Positions 52,210-61,089 of a stretch of 64,000 nt of DNA are shown here, in pieces. A program made the position numbers and the translations under genes. Source of the DNA: Amphiscolops sp. MND2022 (lineage: Eukaryota); the NCBI GenBank assembly GCA_964187785.1, contig OZ076409.1, forward strand, positions 20,772,001-20,836,000. Direction: 5' to 3'. A model generated the notes under the pieces. That model had not been told where the DNA came from, ran no database searches, and saw only the letters and a list, made by a program, of their open reading frames with translations. Within the stretch, counting starts at the first letter, position 1, and every line of letters starts with the position of its first letter.

Positions 52210-52942
52210 AATACTAATTCGAATTTATCTGTTGTTCAATGAAAAGAAACGCAAGCAAATACAAATCATTTACAATCATCAAACAACAGAACAGACTCCC
52301 TAAGGCATATGCCCGCTTAACGGAAGCGTGATAACAAGCAATTCATAACATCAAAACAAAAATATGAGGAATGTCATTTTTTTAATTTTTCAAAATTATT
52401 TGAATTGAATAAAGTATGTAAGGAATCGTTTAATACTGTGCACTTAGATGTATTTCCAATATAGGGGACAAACATGCCCTGTGTGGTGAACCTGGTGTCT
52501 ACTGGGAACTCCCACTGGAAACCATGCAACCCAAGCATGAAGAGTGCACACAGTACCTACTTCGAGCATGGTTCCTAACAAGGGAGACCCCAGCAGACAC
52601 CGCATAGTGCAACTTTCGTGTACAGCATTGAATGAATGAATGAGTTTTTTTGATTTTCCGAAGGGAACATGTACTTCCCTCCTAGTGACTGATCTAAGTC
52701 CAAAACCAACATCACTAAATTGGAAGTAGCAGTCTTTTTTATCATGGACATGTTCAGATCTTACGCATCCTATAATAGTTTTTAGCAGCTCATATATATG
52801 CAATTCGTAAACAGTTGGTAATTCATTCTCAACCATGAATTGATGGACACTGGCATATTTAGGAAGAAAACATATCGCTCTGACTATTCGTTTTTGGATC
52901 TTCAGAACGGGATCAAGATTCGAATATGACGTACATCCATAT
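52210..52942 (-). mobile_element. 3' fragment of a CR1/L2-group LINE
   Basis: YGCTSYSNL...IQKRIVRAI...ELPTVYELHIYELLK, homologous to the ORF2 tail at 38730-38890 (HELPTVYELHIYEF). Confidence 0.8.
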
Positions 52943-53367
52943 TCGCGCTCTGATTGGACAAAAATCGAACTAGCAGGATCCTGCTAGTTCGTTACCGGGA
53001 TAGGTCTCGTAATGATGTATTAGGACGCCGACATCCATATTATATTATATTTTATATAATATATAAAATCAATTTATTTGATGAATTTATTTGGTCGGCT
53101 TAGTGAACCGTCGGCACTGTGTACCGCCCCCTTTCTATTAGTTGCTGCTAATCTGCATAGTTGATGAAATCGGTGAAAATTTCCTGCGTGGGTCGCTAAT
53201 TTGCTAAATCGCTAATCAGCGGCGGTGTCAAAACTGATTTATGCTGTTAATGAATGTGAAAATTAAAAATGAAATTACGCTAAATTAAAACGCGGAAAAG
53301 TTGTCACAAAATGACTCATCTAAAATTGAACTACAGTCGAACTCGGATAAAAAACATTTGGATATAA

Positions 53368-53563
53368 GAAACGTTTTCACTCATTCGTTTTCATGCAAGA
53401 CAAACTTTATATGTTGACAGGATAACTGATAAAAAAATTATGGATAAAAGAAACTCTTCTCTGACCGCCCTATCAGTTTCTTTTATCCATAATTTTTTTA
53501 ATCAGTTATCCTGTCAACATATAAAGTTTGTCTTGCATGAAAACGAATGAGTGAAAACGTTTC
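53368..53563. repeat. Inverted repeat, arms about 88 bp with 19-bp spacer, in a TA-CAGT-type MITE remnant starting at 53334
   Basis: gaaacgttttcactc...aaagaaact [cttctctgaccgccctatc] agtttcttt...gagtgaaaacgtttc. Confidence 0.9.
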
Positions 53564-53721
53564 CAAACGGACATACTTCCATATTTACAAAACTACGAAC
53601 TTTGCATTCAGCATTTAAAAAATTTGGGTCTTTTGCCACGAAGTTTAAATTCACGCGTTTGTTAATATTTGTAAGCATATCAACTTGTTTTATTCATTCA
53701 ATAATTAATATACTTGTTAAT

Positions 53722-54198
53722 ATTTCTGCTTTAGCAGGAATGTTATTGTAACCTCAAAGTTGGTCCTTTTTTTTTTTTTAGTCGTCAAATTTCGTCCTAC
53801 TGAATAATTCAGATATTTTGTTCGGCAGTGAGTGTAAGCGTGGGAAAGCTGCCGACAACAATTCAATTCTAGTGCGATAGAACGAGCGAGTGGTAATTAT
53901 CCATTCGTATGCTGACGTCATTGAGATGAAGCGAATGAGTGTTAATTATTCGTTCGTTGAGAGCTTCGCCTGCATTCAAATGCGAATGCGAAACTTCGTC
54001 TACGCTTAGTTATATTTTCTTTAGTCCGAGAAGAATTAAAGGCGGTGTAAACTTGTACAGTGATTAATTGTGCTCTAAGTAATGATTAAACAGGAGTGTA
54101 TTGGTATTCCAGATATGATTCTTTTATTAATGATTTTTTGTTTTAAAAAAATAAAGATTAAAGCAGAAATAGTACTGAGCCCCGGAGGGGCCTATTTT
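53722..54198 (+). mobile_element. HINE-like family C copy
   Basis: Perfect 12-bp subTIR ATTTCTGCTTTA (53722) / TAAAGCAGAAAT (54159) plus GCCCC-gga-GGGGC hairpin. Confidence 0.75.
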
Positions 54199-55687
54199 GA
54201 AAAAGCCGTTTTCGTTTTGGGGGGAAATTCCTAACAAGGTGTACCTGGGGGGGAATAGGGAGGATAAAGCACATGGACCAAACTTCGTTTTTAGTTCAAT
54301 AATTCAAGATCGGTATTCCATAAACTACTGTTTTCGGTTTGATAAAGTTTCAACTTCGTATAGACTATTTGTTACAACTTTTCTTGATGTTGCTCACGAC
54401 AGGGATCAAAATAGATCCTTGCCAATCCCCTTGCTCAAAATACCCAGACCAAAACAACAAGTTATCCAATCATTCCGGTGACTATGCTCACGACAGGCAC
54501 CAAAATTAAAATTAGTTAGGCAACTATTAATGAGGGCTGCTTTGAAATTATGTTTTGTTAAAATAGGAAACCTGTTGACAGATCAATCAATTGTACTAAT
54601 TAGAAGCTACAAGGTATTTTATTTGCACGTAAATGCGTGGATGAAACACACGTGTTCACGTGTGCAACTTGCATTGAATGCAGTTTATACGTACTATGCA
54701 CGGTAGAGCTTTGTAATGATAACTAATTTATTGAATCCTTGTTTACTTTGACTGGTTTACGATGCTGTGGTATGAATTGGAATTAAAATGAACACTGAGT
54801 TTTGAATGCATATAAACATGGTGTAAGTTAGTCAAAACTTTGACTAACTTCCACTTATTGTAAGTATAGCGATCTGCATAGATTTGTAAGTATAGCGATC
54901 TGCATAGATAACTTCCACTTTTCACTAACTACGTGTTTTGACTAGCTTACACTATTTTCCATTACGCGCGTTGACACAGCTACACCGTTGAAGCATAGAC
55001 CGTCTTGACTAACTTACGCTGAATGACCATTTTACGGATTACACAGATTACGCTGCTTGACTGAAATGCAGCTTACCGGTACGTCGTAATGGAGTTTGAC
55101 TGTAACGCTATCCGTCTCTCAAAACCGTCGCTTTCAACTTGTGCTAATTGTTTGTGATGTGATTAACTAAGTAATATTCCAATTTATAATCCAGTAATAT
55201 AAAAATGAGCATTATAACATGACCGCGAAGATTTGACTTCCGCATTGTAAATTGCGACAAGTTTTCTCAAATCCCTTTCCTTAATTTTTGGTTTCTGAAG
55301 TTTCGGAACCTATAACTTAGCTGAAAATCCTTGGAGGTTGTGCTTTCTACATTAAAGGCTATCAATGCGCCCTGCCAGTTTTCATCAAAAACTGAAAATT
55401 TTTACCATTCCTCCATCTGCATACTTGCTCAAAAGTGATAATTTTGAAGCGGTCAAATACAAATACATTTGACAACCAAAGTTTTCGAACAATCAACAGA
55501 ACGTTGATATCAACGCTTCAGCTTCAATCATTCACAAAGATAACAAATTTTGGCCACCAGTTTTTGGCCTTAGTTGTATCAATCTTGAACAATATCTTGA
55601 TTTTTTGCATGTATAAATTTTACAATGATCCAGTTTTGTTAATCCATTACATCTTTAATCACTTTTTCTGAAAATCCTTGTCTTCAG

Positions 55688-55836
55688 ATTCTAAACCAAC
55701 TGGAAGACCCAAGGTTCCTGTGCCACTTCTGAAGTTGGAGAGAAGACGTCACGAGTATGTGGACGACGACAGTACAATTGTTGGTGCCGGTGACAGCAGT
55801 GCTTACTCCCGCCGCAGTTTCGGCTCTTCTACCTGA
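55688..55836 (+). CDS. Candidate innexin exon 9 (terminal)
   Basis: Acceptor tgtcttcag, phase 1 matching the 50799 donor, open to TGA (SKPTGRPKVPVPLLKLERRRHEYVDDD...GSST). GC-rich island; ATTAAA at about 56063. Confidence 0.45.
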
Positions 55837-56562
55837 TGAGATACAACCCCCTACTCAGTTGTATGAACAGTTTGTACATCTGATAAAAAAAGGTACGATC
55901 ACAACATCTAATCGAATCGACTTTTGAGTTTCCTTCGTTAGAAATGCTGTCTTAGCATCCTACCATCGGTTCAAACAAAGAAATTTTTGTTGTTGTTGTT
56001 GTTAGCTGCTTAGATTGTTGATAGTATTTAGCTGCCAATTTATGAAATTTATGAATTTTGTATTAAAATACGAACTTTGTTTGACAATTGTTAGTTCATT
56101 TGAAGTGAAGCTTTGAGTTCTTGTTTTCATCTAAATGCTTTGAAATATATCTTGCGTTCTTTATTGAATATGTTGTTATTTATTGAATATGTTGTTAATT
56201 TACAAGTTTTGAACCAAGTTTTAAAAAATTTATGTTTAAACAAAACAATTTTTCATGTGATAGGCATTAGAAATACAGACAGGTTTGAGTTCCAGACACA
56301 AGTCCTCAAGCGAATTCCACCCTGTTCAAAAAGAAATGCGCATTTTCTCGGGAGACACACTTCCCCACAGACGTCATCTATTCACATGCGCCCTTTTTTC
56401 TGTCTTCAAGCTGAGTAAAATTCAAAGATAACTTTCACCGTACATTCATCAAGAATTAAAGTTTATGTGGCGGTAATCAGTAGATCATGAATTTTCAAGG
56501 CTCAAGCGTTGCCAAAAAAAACTTATGCCTGCAGAAACGTTCAAATTTAGTACGAAAAAATT

Positions 56563-57094
56563 AACAAGCAGGGACGGCCCGAATCGGCACCCCGCTCAAG
56601 GTTCAAAATGAGCAAAGAAATTGAAATATTCAAGGAACGACTTCAATATCATACAGGCCAAAAATACTCAAAGGAGTACCCTTGAGACTCATTTTTTTTT
56701 CTGAACAGGAAACAGAAAACCCCAATTTTTTGAAGTTTTTGTCTTATACTGCCGAGAAACTCAAAAGGAGAGCCCGGAGGCACGCTAAATGCTTTTTCCG
56801 AATTGACAACTTCAAAAAACTAAAAATGTTACCATTTGATGAAATTGAAAACTTCGAAAAATAGTCACAGAGCGCCGGAAAAAGCCAGAGGGTTAAAAAA
56901 AATTTGGTCTCGTTTTGCTTTGTGCAAATCAGAAAAATTGACCATCCGGGGATTCGAACCCGTGCACATACACCCTTGCTTTACATCTTTTATCCGCTGC
57001 GCCACTGGAGCAACTAATAGAAATCTGTCAGTTCGCTTGTCTTAAAAAGCCACTGATATAGTTGGCTTTTTCTAACGAAAGCGTCGACTAAAAA
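56563..57094 (-). mobile_element. HINE-like family A copy (diverged) with tRNA-like segment at about 56940-57011
   Basis: aacaagcagggacggcccgaatcggcac ... gcgtcgactaaaa; minus-strand TGGCGCAGCGG and GGTTCGAATCC boxes. Confidence 0.65.
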
Positions 57095-58801
57095 TTAGAA
57101 ACCGACTTTTGCTAATTTTGAGACGTTTCAATTTAAGCATTTTCTTTCCCCCTTGTGAAAAGTCTAGGGGCTAATTGTTTTGTCCCTGGTTAATGTATGC
57201 CGATGATAGTGAAAAATTGTAATAAATTTGTTTTAAAAAGTCAGATTGAAAGATTTTTACCATTTTTCATGCCACGTCTTTGTTAAATAAAGCTCACTTT
57301 TTCATAACTACATATGCTCTATTGTATACAAACTTATTGTATCGATCGAGGAAATTCTGGAAGGTAATTATACTTGGAATCATTTGAGCAGGCCAACTTT
57401 GTACTTTCAAAAATTTTGTTTAGCTTCTCACTGCATTTCTGGCAGTGGTCCCAGTCGATAGCAACTTCTAGATTGATCGGAGTCGAGCTCATTTTTGAGA
57501 TTTTGTTTCATTTTTGAGAAATAGGCAGAAATTACTACTTTTTGACATATTTAGAAACATTGCAAGTGTTTTATTCAAATTCTTCAAAATAGCGCCTAAT
57601 CAAAAGCGTTTGATACGTTGATTCATTTAAATGGAATCCAGCCTAAGCAATTTGGCTCTTCGAATTTTTTTAGACGGACAACTGAAGAAATAGGCTGTGA
57701 CCGTTACCACGCATTCATTTAGCAAAATTGTTTTTTAAATAATGTTTTATTTGATTGCTCCGGTATTAGTGTCCTTGAAAAGTGAACCACCGTTTTTTTG
57801 CTAAAGGCTTGATATTGTTATAAATATAAATATAAATATAAATATAAAATATATTAATAATAATAAATAATAAATATTGTTATAATAAGCCTTTTTTGAG
57901 TTGTTTCTGGGACTTTGTTTCTATTCGCATGTCGATTTTTTACTCCCAAAAAATCCTCCACAGAGACGTTTCAATTTTGACGCTGGCATCTCAACTGACC
58001 TTTTTCCTCCCACTGGTTCTGTCCACTTTCATTGGCTCAACAAAGTATATACTTTTAGTGAATCAGCAACGCCTGCATAGAATACCCTATATGGCAATTT
58101 CAGATTAAAGAGACGAGCTGCTTTTTAATTTTTTTCCTAATTGTGTTTGAACAAAATCAAAACATTCAGCGCTTTTTGAGTTTATAGTAGGCATCAAACC
58201 GAGGATTTCATTGGGTTAATTTGTCACAGGTTGAGTTTGAAGCTGCCAGAAAAAATGGAAGTCTTTTTATTACCTTTTGCCATTCTGAATAAAACACCTC
58301 CTTCGGCATCTCGACATCAGTAAGATTTGAGCCCAAGTGTTTGAAAAAGCTCACTTATTCAATTTCTTTTCTGCTCAATGAGGAGTTCACTTGATTTTCT
58401 TGGTTTCTTGGTATCAAAAAGTCTCACATTTTTGGTTCTCATTTCTGCCATTTTCAGATTATTCAGGAAGTTTGCAAATCTTAATCCTTCGTTGCAACAA
58501 AAACATTGTCATCTCCATATCTATCGTTGACAAGATTGCTCTCAACTGAAACGCCATCTTGCTCTGAGTATTATTTCCTAGCAGAGAGAAAAGATAGAAC
58601 GACACGTTATCACCATCCCAGATGTCTATCGAAATCTCTGCGGGAAATGTAGCTTACTGTAGTCACTGCATGCTGGTCGAAATACTGGTCTTGCTCAAAT
58701 CTCGTTTCTGAGTCAATCAAGTATCTCTCGACCTATTTCCACCACAAAATTTCTTGCATTCGATTGAATGTGATCGTGTAGTCTATAAAGTAGCAGAATC
58801 T

Positions 58802-60250
58802 AGGAAAACTCGTCGAAAACAACTCGTCGAAAATTCTCCGGAAGAAAACTCGTCGCAAAAACAAAATAACCTTATGCAAATATAGTGCCAACTTGGTGAT
58901 CATACTGTTTTATGAAGTTCTAAATTATTACACTTGCGATAAGCAAGTGTTATGGGAAAGTGCGGGTGCTTTTTTTTTCCGCGCGACAACTCTCTGATTT
59001 CACGCGGCAACTCGCACGTTTCACGCGTTCGTGGTCTAGTGGTAAGATGCTTGCCTTTCAACCCAGAGGTTTCGTGTTCGAACCCGTGGGTATGCGCTAA
59101 TTTTTTTACAAGTATTCCGAAGCAGAAGGTTCTGACTTTTTTCGGCACTATGAGACTTTTCGGCTTTGTGAGACTTTTTTTGGCTTTGTTAGACTTTTTT
59201 TCGAAATTTTTTAAATGTCCCCAAAGAGTCCTCCTTTCAATTTTTTGATATTTTGCAAGAGAACGAATGTTAAAAAATCCCAAAGGGTCCTTTTTTTCAG
59301 AATTTTTGGCACTATGAGACTGTTCAAAATTCTAATTTTTTTCAAAAATTTTTTAGACACCCTTATTTTTTTCAAAAATTTTTTAATGTCCCCAAAGCGT
59401 CCTCCTTTCAATTTTTTGATATCTTGCAACAGAACGAATGTTATAAAATCCTAAAGGGTCCCTTTTTCACATTTTTCGGCACTATGCGACTTAGCGGAAA
59501 CTTCAAAAAAATTCGAAAAAATTCGGAAAATTTTTCCTCAATTTTTAGTTTTAAAAGACCGTTTTTTTTAAAGACCGATCTTTTTTCTATGCGACTTTTT
59601 TAAAATTTGTTTTCACCGAAGCCCCTGCTCAATTTTTACAAGAAACGAAACGTTTTGCGAGAGAACTCCTCAAGGCTTTGCGACTTACCGGAGACCATCA
59701 AAAATGTTTTCGAAAAATTTTGAAATTTTTTTTCTTTTTTCTGTTTAAGGTTTTCCGTTGAGAAAGAATGGGTTTTTTTGCTGTTTTCAGTTGGGGAAGA
59801 ATGGTTTTCGAGGCTTACGCGTTTGACTTCGGGTATTTTTTGGCGCTGTAAAATTGATGAAATTTCAATCTCCTTTTACCCTTGGTTTTTCGTATGATAT
59901 TGCTTATTTGGTTTTCTTCAAAAGTTCGCAAGTGTTTGCGAAGCACGGCTTCGCCTCTGTGTTATGAAGTACTGCACTGTAAACTAGAAAAGTGAAACAT
60001 TTAAAGCAATTATATAACTAAAAAAGCTTTCATTATGCGTAAGACTGAAAATTTCAGGCATTAATTAACAAAAATAAATCCCTTATTATCACTGGATAAT
60101 CCGTGCGGGTAATCTGCAATATTCGACGAGTTTGCACTCAATTAATGTTCGACGAGTTAGTTTTCGACCAGTTTTCCGCCCTTTAATTTCGTCAAGTTGT
60201 TTTTGACGAGTTGCATTTGGCGAGTTGTTTCCGACGAGTTTCCGCATACC
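58802..60250. mobile_element. MITE-like element with AACTCGTCGAA / TTCGACGAGTT subterminal repeats, interrupted by family B copy 3
   Basis: Three aactcgtcg repeats at 58807-58856 and several gacgagtt repeats at 60123-60241. Confidence 0.55.
58928..59963 (+). mobile_element. HINE-like family B copy 3
   Basis: Same termini and tRNA-like segment as copies 1 and 2. Confidence 0.8.
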
Positions 60251-61089
60251 TAAATAGCAAAACAGATTGATATCAACCTCCCGAACTCGTCAGACAAGAG
60301 TCGAGATTATCAATAGCTTTTGCGACTATATCTGGTAAGAGATCAAACTGGATTCCATTTGTTTCTGATGCCAACTCCTATTTTTCCAGAACATTTCTGG
60401 AGTACTTTCATCACGTGGCCTTTGGTCTCGCCTTGTATTGTATGAATTTTTTGGAACAACTTTCATATTCTCATTTTCAGTTTCTTGTGTGCCAAATGGT
60501 CCAATTTGTCACCTTAAAGTTTCGTAGCACTTCATAGAACTATTTTTGTAAGTTCGTGGATTGAAAAAAGTCGCTATTACAGTCGCGTTTCACTTCATGA
60601 AGTGCCGACTAAAAGACGTTTTTGCCAGCTCTTCGGTAAAATAACACTCTACGTTCATTTCTATAGTTGAGCATAACAAATTTATGAATCGACACCAGGG
60701 TTTAGTGCTAATTCTGCTTGCGGATTGACTTCGTTTCACCAGGCCAATTGAACAAATTCTCAAATCGACATCAAAAGAATGTCATCTCTTGAAAAAATAT
60801 CAGACCAAAATATCAAAAAAATGAAAGGCGACCGTTTGGAGACAGTAAAATATTTTTGAGAAAATGTCTCAGTGTCGGAAAACAATTGAAAGGGGACCCT
60901 TTACTCTCGTCCGGTTTTGTGTATTACGCTGAAAAAGGAACAACTATCATAGTTCAGTTCCCTCGGCCAAATGTTACAATTCTGCCCCTTAAAAATTTAT
61001 AGAATTTATATAGCCTAATTGTTGTGATAAACTTATTAAATAGGTTGTTTTGGTGCTTGTGTCTGCTATCACAGATTCTGTTCTTGGGT

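Larger units (their letters stand above)
51082..53131. mobile_element. Non-autonomous TIR element (about 50-bp TIR, 8-bp TSD; Merlin/Mutator-like) carrying nested inserts
   Basis: GAGGGCGGCTCACTATGC...GCCGACCAAATAAATTCAT and its reverse complement ending CCGCCCCC; flanked by TTTCTATT at 51074-51081 and 53132-53139; interrupts the hAT-like MITE 50820-53236. Confidence 0.8.

Noticed and set aside
9291..59454. Dozens of 60-170 aa Phe/Lys-rich ORFs (for example 10577-10954, 15765-16067, 26420-26935, 58900-59454)
   Set aside because: They lie inside HINE-like repeats, appear on both strands and in several frames, and show no protein motifs.
60310..60510. Minus-strand open frame of about 60 codons
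   Set aside because: No recognisable motif and no consistent splice phase linking it to other segments.
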